Counted from the first letter of the whole stretch, positions 24,690-36,457 are shown. The stretch: DNA of 63,361 nucleotides, filler included, from 12 parts of 12 records of this genome joined end to end with filler, not necessarily neighbours in it, one strand, 5' to 3'. A program made the numbers and translations. The notes: a model not told the origin generated them from the letters alone.

Positions 24690-24970
24690 CTACATCCAAA
24701 GTGGAAGCAATGGCAAGCTAGGATCAGCAAAGACGACATCCACCCCTCGACGTCTGCCTGGAACTTGTCCTGGACGCAATGGAGCAGGCCCAGTGTAGAC
24801 ATCTGCTGGTCTGTCAGCACGCCCAGGGACCAGACCCCGCTTCTCTACGTCCACTGGGTAGCCAGCCCGCCTCTGCCAACACCTCACCAATTGCAAGTAG
24901 GACAGACAGTCTGGTCTCGTCATGCCAACGGACGGACATCAGCTTCAATGCCTCGGACCCGGAGCAGCAC
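24690..24970 (-). mobile_element. Decayed non-LTR retrotransposon fragment (restriction-like endonuclease, CRE/NeSL-type)
   Basis: CC..VRWHDE..LAEAG / YPVDVEKRGLVPGRADRPADVY..GVDVVFADP; frames offset by a 4-nt duplication at 24860-24867. Confidence 0.55.
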
Positions 24971-25070
24971 NNNNNNNNNNNNNNNNNNNNNNNNNNNNNN
25001 NNNNNNNNNNNNNNTTAATTAATTAANNNNNNNNNNNNNNNNNNNNNNNNNNNNNNNNNNNNNNNNNNNN
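24971..25070. other. Artificial contig linker
   Basis: N44-TTAATTAATTAA-N44. Confidence 0.99.
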
Positions 25071-25281
25071 CCGGCTCAGGCTCCGGCTCAGGCTCCGGCT
25101 GCCGAGGGGGCGGTCTGTCCCTGAACCAGCCGACCAGCTTGTCGGTGCTCCCGACGCAATTAGCCAGGCTGACCGGCCCGAGCAGCGCGGCCACCCGTTG
25201 GTCGTCCAGGTCGACTCCAGGCAGGCTGCCGAGCACCTGCCGCAGGAAGTCCGGGTCGTCCTCCCAGGACAGCGCCGCCAT
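25071..25281 (-). CDS. N-terminus of a protein with an Rpn10 C-terminal-like motif and (PE)n repeat, 3'-partial
   Basis: DPDFLRQVLGSLPGVDLDD..PEPEPEPEP. Confidence 0.6.
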
Positions 25282-25348
25282 GTCCGTTATAATCAACGGC
25301 TACTGGGTGTGAGGCACGGGCGGGGGCAGTGGTCGGCACTGGGTGGTT

Positions 25349-26641
25349 ATGGCATACACGCCGGCGACCATCGGGGCCTGGTACATCTTCGACACTGGCC
25401 CGCTGCGGGAGGCCTTCGGGCTGCGGTACAAAGGGGAGGATTGCAACTTGGAGAAGCTCCTGTACTTTTACCCGGACGATTGCCCTGACGACCAGAAGAA
25501 GGACCGTGTGGGCTGCTGCGAGGCGCTGGTCAATTTCACCAAGATGTTCTCGCCCGACCAGCCGTGCCAGGCGGTTCATCTGCAGCGCCAACGGCATGGG
25601 TACATCGAGTGCGAGCCGGGGGTCTGGTGCGTACTGGAGGTGAACAATCCCGTGCACGACGCCGACGGCCAGACCGACTATCAGGAGGAGGAGCTTGAAG
25701 ATCTATGGGTGCGCAGCCTGCTCCAGCAGTCGTGGGACTACTTCCAGCTATTCCACGGCAGCCTCAGGCAGTGCTGGGCCCGGGGCGGTGGCGAGAATGC
25801 GGTACGAGAAGCGCTCGCTGCGTTCATGCCGCGCTGCCTGCAGATGATGATGTCGGCCATATCAGACTACAACGTGCTCAACTCGCTCGACGGGATTCAG
25901 TACCTGCCGGTGGATAAGCAGGCGTTCCTCTCGATCCAGTACGTTGTCAATATCATTCAAAGCTCGTTCGAACAAGTCCAGAAATGCGCTTTCTTGTACA
26001 ACGGACAGCTCGTTTGGAGCGGGTTCGACCAGCAGGTGATCCGCAGCCTCTACCACATGAGTGCTTCGGCCGACCAGACGCAAGGGGCCAACGCCGCAGC
26101 GCTGCTACGGATGTGGGCGGGCACGAGCGAGCACCCAGAGATCTACGACCAAGACGGGAACCGTTTGGTGCTGCTGCTCTGCTGCGTGGACCAGGTTCTG
26201 GCGCTTTTCCAGCTGCCGCACGAGGCCGCCACCGAGCAAACCGTCCGCGCACTAGAGGAGTACGTGAGCTCGGAGGTGGGGTCATTGGCTAAGATCATGG
26301 CCAAGAGCGTTGCGCCGTCGGGAGGAGCTGATGAGCCATGGAAGTATATATACTTCAATAAGATGAATCTGGCGCTCAAGAGCTCTCTCAAGTTGCGGGC
26401 CTCGGCGGTGGCGCCAACGGTCATGCGCACACTGAATGAGATGTTGGCACATCTTGAGAGCAACCGATTGGACAATGCGGAGATTTGCGTGCGGCAGCAG
26501 AAGGACGGATGGATCGTTGGCCGGAAGAGCAACGACAGGTTGCTGTTTGCTATTCTTGAGTCCAAGAGTTCTACCCTTAGCGAGATCGCAGAGGACTTGG
26601 ATCAGTTTATGGAGAAGTGTTTTAATAATATCTTAATGTAA
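25349..26641 (+). CDS. CCZ1: Vacuolar fusion protein CCZ1 (Mon1-Ccz1 GEF), intronless
   Basis: KLLYFYP, VGCCEALVNFTKMFSP, ECEPGVW, GIQYLPVDKQAFL, FLYNGQLVWSG, KYIYFNKMNLALKS, WIVGRKSNDR. Confidence 0.93.
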   Translation: MAYTPATIGAWYIFDTGPLREAFGLRYKGEDCNLEKLLYFYPDDCPDDQKKDRVGCCEALVNFTKMFSPDQPCQAVHLQRQRHGYIECEPGVWCVLEVNNPVHDADGQTDYQEEELEDLWVRSLLQQSWDYFQLFHGSLRQCWARGGGENAVREALAAFMPRCLQMMMSAISDYNVLNSLDGIQYLPVDKQAFLSIQYVVNIIQSSFEQVQKCAFLYNGQLVWSGFDQQVIRSLYHMSASADQTQGANAAALLRMWAGTSEHPEIYDQDGNRLVLLLCCVDQVLALFQLPHEAATEQTVRALEEYVSSEVGSLAKIMAKSVAPSGGADEPWKYIYFNKMNLALKSSLKLRASAVAPTVMRTLNEMLAHLESNRLDNAEICVRQQKDGWIVGRKSNDRLLFAILESKSSTLSEIAEDLDQFMEKCFNNILM

Positions 26642-27008
26642 ATTGTGCGACATTACATGTATGGAATCACACCCGCTCGCACCCACCCGACTTACCATAC
26701 GTTCTTGCACAACCATCGCACCTAGCAAACGCCTTTCGCACCTTTGCGTATCGACTAATAAGAGTGCCGCATGGATCAGCGCAATTGCTCTCCGACCAGC
26801 CCCAGTCCGTGCTGGCGGCCGTCGAGCGGGCGGGCCGCTGCTCGCGCCCTGCGCGGACGAGCGATGATCGCAGGCACGTCGCTCATCGTGACCTCCTTTG
26901 TACATGTTGCCATCGATCGATGCATGCACCTGAGCCCGGATCACCGGACGCCCTAGGCCTGGAGTACCTGTACGCAACGGCATCATCAGAAGAGCTGCAA
27001 TGCCGGGA

Positions 27009-28401
27009 ATGCGGGCTCAGCTCCTCTGCCTGTGTCTCTTGTTCGGGCTGTTCGCTCCGGCTGCGGCGCTGGACAACGGTGTTGGCCGCACGCCGGCGCT
27101 GGGCTGGTCATCCTGGAACTATTTCGAGAAGAGCCTCAACCAGACGCTGATCCACCAGATCGCCGATGCCATGGTTTCATCAGGGCTCCGCGACGCCGGG
27201 TACCAGTATGTCAACCTGGACGCTGGCGTGTGGCTGCCCAGCCGGGCTAACGGCACCGGCGAGCTCCAAGCGGACCCTGCGCTGTTTCCTGACGGGATAA
27301 AGGCGCTGGCCGACCGGCTGCACGGAATGCGACTCAAGCTCGGGCTGTACATAAACCTCGGGCCGGACACCGAGAGTTGCGGCCGCGTCGGGTCGTACGG
27401 CAACTACGAGAAGGACGCAGCCACGCTGGCCGGCTGGGGCGTGGATTACATCAAGGTGCCATGCGCGAGGTTATTATAATAATCCCTCTCAGGTAGATTA
27501 CTGCGCCTTCCCGGGCGGGGTGTGGACTCCGCCGATCCCTCAACAGCTCGGGTTCTGGCAGCAGCTCCGGGACGCCTTCCTCAAGACCAAGCGGCCGATT
27601 TGGCTCAACTTCTGCCCTCGTACGTTTGGTGGCAGCCTGGTGCCGCCGGATCCCAAGACCAAGAACTGTCTCCCAAACACACGCTGCGTTGTGGACGGGC
27701 CAGCGCACGAGTGGGATGCAGCCACCCGACAAGGGCTGGCTAACAGCATTCTGACCGAGTACCACAACTCGGGTGACCTGTGGCAGTCGGTGACCAGCAA
27801 CCTCGACGCCTTGCTCGACCTTCGGCCGAGCCCCGACGCTGCAGGGCCGGGCTTCTTCAGCGACGGGGACATGTTGCAGACGTGCAACTTTGGTGGTGGC
27901 AAGACCCCCTCGGGGGGCGCCGGGATGACGCTGAATGAGTACACGGCGCAGTTCGCAGTCTGGTCTGTCCTCGCGAGCCCCATTGTAATCAGCGCTGACT
28001 TGCGTTCAATCCAACAGAAGCACCCCGACTGCTTGGCCGTGATCGCCAACCCAGAGATCCTCGCCGTGAGCCAGGACCCTGCGGCCAACGCTCCCGTCAA
28101 GTTTCTGCAACGCAACGGCAGTTCGGCCTCGCAGGTGACGGCTCAGGGCTTTTACCGGCGCTTGCAGGACGGATCGGTCGCTCTTGTGGTGCTCAATCGC
28201 GGGGACGCGCACAGCGCGGACAGTATTCAGTTCTCGTGGGACGCGATCGGGTTGCCGCATGGGGCCTCGTGCGAGGTGAGAGATTTGATCGGTCGAGAAG
28301 ATCTGCCGAGGAGTGACGGCCACACTGCTGTTCTGGGCATGCACACGGCTGCACTCATCCGCGTCCACAACTGCAGCGACCACAGTATGAGCCCTGTCTA
28401 A
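27009..28401 (+). CDS. Secreted alpha-galactosidase (GH27); intron 27456-27492
   Basis: LDNGVGRTPALGWSSWN, GYQYVNLDAGVW, WGVDYIKVDYC, FSDGDML, VSQDP. Confidence 0.95.
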
Positions 28402-28506
28402 AGCCACGCGATTCGCAGCGGATGGACATTTAATTGGATTTAATCGAGAGCTTGAATACAATTGTCTTCCAAGGACTTAACACTCTAACATGTGCGAAAA
28501 TACTGT

Positions 28507-28606
28507 NNNNNNNNNNNNNNNNNNNNNNNNNNNNNNNNNNNNNNNNNNNNTTAATTAATTAANNNNNNNNNNNNNNNNNNNNNNNNNNNNNNNNNNNNNN
28601 NNNNNN
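28507..28606. other. Artificial contig linker
   Basis: N44-TTAATTAATTAA-N44. Confidence 0.99.
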
Positions 28607-29021
28607 GACATTCCAAGTGTTCCTCGGGGCCACGTTCTGGACTGTAACAACCGAGATGTTTCCGAACAGGGTTCGTGGCGTGGGACTTGGGCTTTGCTAC
28701 CTGATGATGCACACGAGTGCAGTGATTGTGCTGCTGCTGTATGGGCTTGTGAGTGGGAGCGTTGGGCATGATGATAGCATGTCAGCCCGACACGGGCTTG
28801 CCGCAACGTTCGCCTTCTTTCTATCAATTCAGGTGCTTGTGGCTTTGGTGCTATACGTGGCTCTACCAGAGACGGCGGGCATAGACTTGAGCAATGTTGA
28901 ACAACTTTGGCAGGATTCAGAGCCGGGTGAGGAAGACCATAACGTCAGCAAAGAGCCGCCTCTAGAAGAACATCATAGCAAGCTCGCCGCCGCCGACCCG
29001 CACGACCCGGAACCCGCATAG
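28607..29021 (+). CDS. MFS sugar porter, C-terminal fragment
   Basis: TEMFPNRVRG and LPETAGIDL motifs. Confidence 0.85.
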
Positions 29022-29185
29022 AGCCACGCTTGTCGCTCTAACTCAACTATTCTACCTAATTTACATGTAATTAATTAATAAGACAAGTTCGCAATATCGG
29101 GTCACCTCCTTGTACAGAGTACCTGGTAACCTCCTTGAACTTTTATAACCTCAGAGGGTCGCGGCCAGTCGGCTCCTGACGAGAG

Positions 29186-31083
29186 ATGAGCTGCCGGGGG
29201 CCCCGCAGCACCCCGCCCCGGTCGGCGGACCCGGCGGGAGGGGTGCCGCACCCACGCTCCCGGTGCTACCCTCGGGCGCTGCCGCCGTCCACCGCCCCGT
29301 CCTCCGCGCTGGCCAGCACCCCGGAGCACTCCACCCTGTACAACTTTAGCACACCACGTCTACCAGCCTCAGCGCACCTGGGCGGCGCCCGCTGCTTCCG
29401 CTTCGCACCCGGTGGGTCCCCGGGTGTTGCTGCGGCTGAACGCTGCGCAGGCGGGCTCGGCAGTCTCCGAGCCTCTGCCACGGGCAGCACCGCTGCACTG
29501 GGCGCCGCGGGCCGGCTGGCCGAGTGCAGCACGCCGGATCAGATCCTGGCAGAGCTCGACGCCGCCATGGCGAACACACCACGCCAGAAGCCAGCCCGCG
29601 GGGCCACTGGGCGGCTGATGGAGCGGCTGGAGGCTGTCAAAGCCGAGATGGAGCTCTGGCAGGGTGTGACGCCAAAGATCCTGAGCCAGGTGCCGAAAGG
29701 CCGGCAAGCTCGAGCGGGGCCGCAGGTGGCCGATGAGAGGGCAAAGGGGTTGATCGAGGAGGCGGCTGAGCGGACCTTGCAGATCCTTCAGGAGCACACG
29801 GCGCTGGTCGAAAGACGAGTTAAGAGTGCAGCCGAAGCAGCAGCACACGCCAGGAAGCACCGGCCTGGGCTGCTGACCAAGGAGGACGTTCCACGTCTGC
29901 TAATGCCGAAGCCGGCGCCGCTGGATCTCACGGCAGAGCAGCAGAAGCAGGTGGCGAACCTGAGCCGGGTCAAGCCCGAGGTGTGCTGCTGGATGCTGCG
30001 TGTGGCTAACAACTGTGTTATGCAGCGAGTTCAACAGCCGCCGCGAGTGCTGAAAGAGAGCAAGGGTGTGCAAACAAATGAATTAGAGTGGATGGGAAAC
30101 ATGTATTGCGATAATGTGAGGCACAGGGTGCTTTCATGAGCCGTGACTGTGTTTGGATCCAGGACACCCAGGACGTGAGCTATCAAACTCTGCCACATGG
30201 GTTTCACCTCCCCAAGGTCGACGTATTTGAGAGGCAGCACTGCTCAATCGAGAAGAGTGTGGTCCTGCACGGCAAGCACGGGATTGTTGGCTGGTGCGCA
30301 GACGCCTCTGAGCCTCAGCATGATCCGGTCTCTCCCGGGATGGAAGCTGTACCGATTGAGGTGTTGCCTACTGCCGCTGGGCCTTAGGCGGCCGGCACGC
30401 AGGTTGGCGCAAGCATCTGTGGCATCGTCGCTGCGATCCCCGCTTCCTACGTTTTCCACTTGTCTGGGGCTGCAGACCTGGGCTTCACTGTCCTCATTGA
30501 CGTGCTGAATGCCTCGGCAAGCCTGGTTCCCTGTCGGTGCCTCACGCCTATCTTACAGGAGGAGCGTGGACTAAAGAACGATGTTACAAATGGATTTGTT
30601 GTCTTTGCTGCCAGCAAGAATCAGAAACCAGACATCAACCAGGTCAGTGGCCAAGTGTACGCCAGACCAGCCGTTATTCCAGGTCTTGCGAGATAACAAT
30701 CGACAGCAAGTGTCCCAGGCAGCTCAATACACTGCTGATACTCGTGAGACGGGTCATATCAACCTCAAGGTGCTTTGCACAGCGTCACCACCTGAACGCA
30801 GGGCGTTGACGATAGGTGAGTGCCCTGGGACAAAACACTGCTGGTGATTGGTACTTTCAACTGGGGAGATCTCTCTTCTCTTCCCCAGACGCAAAGATCC
30901 ACTTCAAGCTTCGGGTTGAAGTGCACACTGTGAGCCCAAGCTATCAAACTCATTGATCTCACCGCACCGTGTGCGGCTTAGGCTCTGGAGGAATGTGCGA
31001 TGGCACTTGAAAATGAGCTGCAGTCCCTGGAAGTGGCCACCCAAGAGAAGTTGCAGAACTTTGAGCAGGTTCTTAAGTATTAA
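29186..31083 (+). CDS. Hypothetical protein, multi-intron
   Basis: Chain of ORF segments joined by ~40-nt GT/GC-AG introns; family not recognised. Confidence 0.6.
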
Positions 31084-31469
31084 TGGCCATGGGCGGCTAT
31101 TGACAGTTTGCTTTGTTTAAGGCGTGTTCTGTGACTCGAAGTGTGACCAAACCAAATGCAAGAGGGCAGACGCCCACGGGTGATGCTCTCGAGGCTCTCC
31201 TATGTAGTTCTAAGTCTGTGAGTCTTGCTCAGACAAGTCAAAGCGCCGCTTCGAGTCCAAGTTAGTCTTTGTCGAGTTTTTTGTGCGTATTAAAATGATC
31301 ACTTCAATTTAAGCAAAGGCAATGAGAGCCCTAGTTTCCGGTGAAATCACGACGATGATAAGTTAAAATGTATTATTGAACAAGGTGGTGCCCACATCAA
31401 ATCTATCATGTGAACTCAAGAACGCGGCTCAATTGCACAAGCTCAAGCTTGGGTGCTCGTGAACTATGC

Positions 31470-32882
31470 TCACTGTGCCGGGGCAACCTGCGGCGCTTCT
31501 TCAGCAGCCGAAGTCTCGGCTCCAGCTGTGCTTGGCGGGGGGTCAGGCCACTTCTTCTCCATCTTTTGCCTCAGGCGGTGGATTCTGTGCGCCAGGTTCT
31601 CAAAGTCTCGCTTCACCACATCCTGTCGACAGTCTCAACAGAGCGTACCAGCGCAGCGCACCATGAAGTTGGGCATCTTAGACGACTTTTGAGGCGACCC
31701 GAAGGAGGCGAACCGGTTAAAGTGCTGCTCTATCTCGCCTAGCCCACTCTGTGAGCGCCTGGGGCATCAGGCCTGCAGCACCTAGCAACGACTCCTTGGG
31801 GGCAAAGCTTCCCAGCGTGTTGTCCCCGGCGTTGCCCCACTCGAGCTCCTTGGTCTCGAGCGCCTGCCGCCGTCTCCAGCGGCGCAGCAGCGTGGGGCCC
31901 CACCTCACGCAGCATCACGTTGGTCGCCTTCACGTCATCCAGCAGCGTCTGGTCTTCCTCGTGCTGCTTAGTCAGCCGAATGTTGACGTCCTGCAGCTCG
32001 CCAACTGTCTTGGCGATGTCGTCCTTCGCCCGCTCCAACTCGTCCAGCTGCTCCTTATAATGCCGCTCCTGCCCGGGCCTGCTCGCCTCTGCCCTGGGCT
32101 GGCCGGCGCACATCCTCCTCTGTCGCCTCGCTGTGACCCTTGGACAGGCTGCGCAGTTTGTTGTCCTTCTCTTGCACATCCGCCTCCAGCTTCTCCCGCA
32201 GGCTGGCGGCCTCTATGGCCTTGTCCTGGGCCTCAGCCAGCTCGCGCTTGGTCCGGTCGGTGGTTTTGGTCAGCGCCTCGTTCTGCTGCCTCGCCTGATC
32301 GAGCTCACTCTGGTACTCGTTCACTTGCTCCTGCAGCTCGCGACACCGGATCTCGAGCTCCGCCTTCGCCCTGCGCGCCGCGTCGGAGGCGTCCCCCTGA
32401 ACCCTCGCTGGTCAGCGCAGGGCCAGGACACGGAGGCCTCACCGCGCTGGTGTCTCGATCCTCACGCATGCTCTCGATCTCCCCCTCCATGTCCTTGACG
32501 ATGGTCGCATACTCGTTGGTTTTCTGCGCCCCGCTCGGCCCGGCCCCCAGCCGGCCGGCCCACCGACTCAAGGTTCTCGTTCTGGGTCTCGAGGTCGCGC
32601 ACCCGCCCGCTCAGCGCCTCGTTCTGCTCGGTCAGCTCGGCCGCCTGCACAGCGCCCCCGGGCTCGTCCGACTGGCCGGCCCGCCGGCTCACCTGGGCCG
32701 TGTGCTCGGCGGCGCGCTCGGCGGCCTCTCGCGAGATGGTCTCGCACTTTTCGACCAACATCTTGCCCATCTCTGCCCGGGCACGGTCGGCGGTCCAGCG
32801 AGCGGCGGGGCGCACCTCCAGCGGTCTGGAGCTCGTGTTGCTTCTGCTCCAAGGCCGCGCGCAGCTCCTCAACCGTCGACAT
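31470..32882 (-). CDS. Coiled-coil protein, BICD/BICDR/Spindly-like dynein adaptor candidate
   Basis: Spliced N-term LEQKQHELQTAGEMGKMLVE; long heptad repeats; KESLLGEIEQ. Confidence 0.6.
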
Positions 32883-33026
32883 GGCTGAGGTCGAAGCGCT
32901 GGGAGGCACCGAGGCGCTGTGTGCCTGGAGTGATTTGTCTTTGTCAATTCGTCCGTTGCTGCAGCTGGTCCAACGACACTTGCGGCGGTGAGAGGCTGGA
33001 ATGGTGTGAAGTTGGCCCAGCGGAGA

Positions 33027-36000
33027 ATGACCTGGAGCGAATGCCCCGGGGAGGAGCCGGTGGTGTCGTTGCAGTGGGTCCAGCCTGGGGGCGCCGGGCT
33101 CACGCTGCCGCAGGGTCGGGCTCACCGCGGCGTACGGGCTGCTTACGCTGCACGCCCTGCTCTTCCTCGCCACCCTGCGCACCCCCCGGCTGACCGACGG
33201 CAAGATCGGGGACCCGTTCTCCTGCCGCCTGGGTGCCCCCGGGCCCGGCTGCCGGCTCACCGGGCTGCAGCCGCTGGGCTGCTCGGGATAGCGGCGCTGC
33301 GAACGGGGACCACCTGCTTCTGCTACTACTACAACCCGGACACTGGCGGGTGCAACTGCATCTGCAGCGTGATGTACATGGCCGGCGAGCTGCTCTTCTG
33401 CGCGGCGGTGCTCTGGCTGCTCAAGCGCGTACTCGACTCTATCAATTTCATCAAAAAGTCGATCCGGTACCCCCCCCGGCCCGCCGCGCCGGCTGAGCCG
33501 GGCCAGCTGGTTCTTCGGGCTCACGATTGTGGCCCAGCTCGGGCTGGTGGTGACCGAGCTCTGGGCCTGCCAGACCGACCAGACCTTTGGCCGGATCCAG
33601 GGTGCGCTGGCTGCGCCGCACGCTCGACTGGCTGCAGGTCTGGTCAGCCGCGCGTCGATCCTGCTGATGCTCACCGTCACTGGAGTCCGGCTGTTCGGTA
33701 AGGACTCGCTGCGCCGGCACAAGTTCCGGACGATGCTGCTGAGCGTGATGCATGCGCCCCAGAGCAGGCTCGAGGCGCCCGAGTCGCGCGCCGACTACAA
33801 GCGCGACGTGTTCGATCGACTCACAGGAGACCTCGATTCCAACTTTAACCTGGCGCCCCGGCGGACCGGGCCGGGCTGACCGAGCGGCCAGGTGTTCAAT
33901 TTGATGATTCTGATGTCTGTGACCGGCAGCCTGGCGGCGCTGATTGCGGCGATCTTGGTGATAGACCGCTCGTGGGTGCAGTCGATAGAAGCGGACCACT
34001 CACTCTCGCTCCAGAGCATCACCAACCTGCTCGCCGAGGTGCGCGCGCCCTCCCCGCCCGGCGCACATGACACTACCGGCCCGGCAACCTGCGGCAGCAA
34101 TGCCGTGAACAGTGGTCCTGTGCTGGTCAGTACATGTGCAACATGACTAGCGGCCGACTCGGCATGGCCCCGGCCCGACCCGGCGCTAGGAGCCGGCCGC
34201 TGACAGCTGTGTACCTGGCCGGCTGACCGATCGGGGGGTCCAGGTGTGTGTGTATGTAGCCTTCGATTTGCTTTTCCGCAACCCGGATGAGGGTGGTTCA
34301 GTCTACTCGATCACTGAATCATTTCGGATCCTGCTCGGGCACTCGCCCCGGTGCACCCTCAGGTGGGCGGCCCGCGCCTGGCCCGATTGAGCCCGATGGT
34401 GCAGCGAGGACCTGGAGCAGCCTCTCCTGATCAGTGAGATGAACAGCCAGGCGCCGAGCTCGGCAGCTGGGCTGGAGGCAGCGCCCTGGAGGCTGATGCT
34501 CGCCCAGTGGGCCCAGGTCCGGCCCAGCCCGCCTCCCGCCCACTGTGTGCAGGCGCACGGGATGCTGGTCCGGCGGTCGAACAGCGGCGACTGGGACAGC
34601 GACTACGTGCCGACCACGATGGAGCGCGAGGACTCAGGCGATCGAGTGGCCCCGACCATCCTGGAGAGAGCCCAGCTGGTGCTGAGCGAGAACCGGCAGT
34701 CTGGGCCGGGGCACGACGGTGGGCAGCTCAGAGCGTCGATTGAGGAGGCGCGCGATGTGCAGCTGAGTAGCAGCGAGCGAACGGACAGCTCGCCTGAGTT
34801 ACTCAGGCTGATGCAAGTGCACGAGACGCTGCACAGAGGAGGGAGCGACCCCAAGCTGCAGGAGAACGTGGACCAGGTGATGTCCTCGCCGCTGCCGGGG
34901 GACGAGACCGACAAGCCGCTGCTGAGTAGGATCCGGTCTCCACTTTTTGAGACACTCCAGATGCAGCAGAGCACCGACGGGCGCCCTTCCGAGTCGGAGG
35001 CGCTGCTGCCGGATGCAGACATCTCGTTCTCTGTGCCGCTGCCGCGCTGGGACCACAGGCTGCGGGGTGCGATCAGCGGAGACAAGCGGCTGTCTTTTGT
35101 GCAGATCTCGTGCCGGGTGAATGCGCAGGTCGAGTTGGAGCTGAGCTCTACAGTTTGGGTGGAGGTCTGGATTCCGTGGCTGATGCTGGGCGACTGCCGC
35201 GAGGCCGCCAGGTCGTGGTGCGATGCCAGTGAGGGCAACTCGCAGTACTGGGTGCTCGGGGATAGCACTGAGCAGCGCGCACTCGACCAGCAAGGGAGCT
35301 GGCTAAACTTCATAGTCGCACTGGAGGTTGCCCGCAAGGCGCACAAGACCACAGGCACACCGGCCAGCCCTCGGTCAGAGGCCTCCAAATCAGCCACCGC
35401 CAGAGAGCTTGGCACAGCGCTTGGGTACTGGAGGATCTACACCCACCAGAAGCAGCTTGGCGAGTACAAAGTCCAGTTCAGAGTCCGAGGCCAGCGGTTC
35501 GGATCCGGCCAGTTGAATGACGTTGTGAGTGCCGAGAGACCGAGCGAGCCGCTGGCAGAGCTCGAGCTCTCCCTCAAGCAGGTGCTCAGAAGACGCCAGG
35601 GCGTGCACCGCACGTCGCTGCCGCAGCTTGAGCTTCTGCTGAATCCGCTGCCCATTCACGACACGCCAGTGCCGAGCAAATACCCTTTGGTGGCTCTGTA
35701 CAGCCTACCTGACGCGAAAGGCGACCAAGTGGACCCGGCAAATCGGCTGGTGGTGCAGGAGCACATGTGGGAATCAGTGCACTCATGGAATGTGCCGCTG
35801 AAACTGCTGCCAGTGCTTCAGAATGCGTGGCACCTTCAGCATGAGTGGCTGCAGCGGGCCTTCACCAACTTCGAGGACGTGTGGGGGAGCGTGCTGCAGC
35901 AGTACCGCTCTGCCAAACAGCACCAGCGATACTACTTCGAAGGGCTGCTGTCCAAGACTTTGATGGACCTCACGCTGCTTGAGGAGCTCTGCTGGCATGT

Positions 36001-36457
36001 GGACACACACGAGCGCATGACTCGCCAAGCAGGAGTAAGACCTGGGGTGCTGCGCAATCGGATCCAGGGGTACACTGAGGCAGCTTCCTTTGGCTGGGGC
36101 CCTTCTATGCTCTCATTCAAGCCTTCGCGGTTCAAGTCTGAGCAAGAGCTTGAGAACATATGCACCAATCTGCACTCACAGATGGTCGAGGTGCACAACC
36201 CCCAGACTGGCCGGCCTCAGAGGCGGTACATGGTGTCGTGTGGTGCCTTCGCAGCGCACACCCTCAAGTTTAAGCGCGGCCATGGGCTGTGGCACTTCTT
36301 CAGGAAGCGCGTGCACATCATCGAGAGGCTGCGCAACGACACGGAGCGGGGCATATGGACACCTGGGCTGCACCGTGCTCTTGTGTCACTTGAGGCTTCG
36401 ATCCGGTGGCGGCTGGAGATATGTTTGTCTCAGATGCTCTCTGCAGTAGTCACGGCG
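33027..36457 (+). CDS. 7TM (GPCR-like) - INPP4-type inositol polyphosphate 4-phosphatase fusion, 3'-partial
   Basis: Introns 33074-33113, 33233-33270, 33467-33506, 33602-33637, 33853-33891, 34039-34243 and 34351-34404 give one frame. Seven hydrophobic segments are followed by FKPSRFKSEQELENICTNLHSQ and VSCGAFAAH..FK..GL. Confidence 0.75.
34063..34208 (+). ncRNA. Candidate intronic box H/ACA RNA
   Basis: Hairpin with GCAA tetraloop, ACATGA (ANANNA) at 34141-34146, second hairpin 34148-34202, ACA at 34203-34205. Confidence 0.45.

Noticed and set aside
34075-34200. SAM-I riboswitch (cccggcaacc) or HDV-like ribozyme (cggcatggcccc) resemblance
   Set aside because: The remaining conserved elements and pseudoknot pairings are absent
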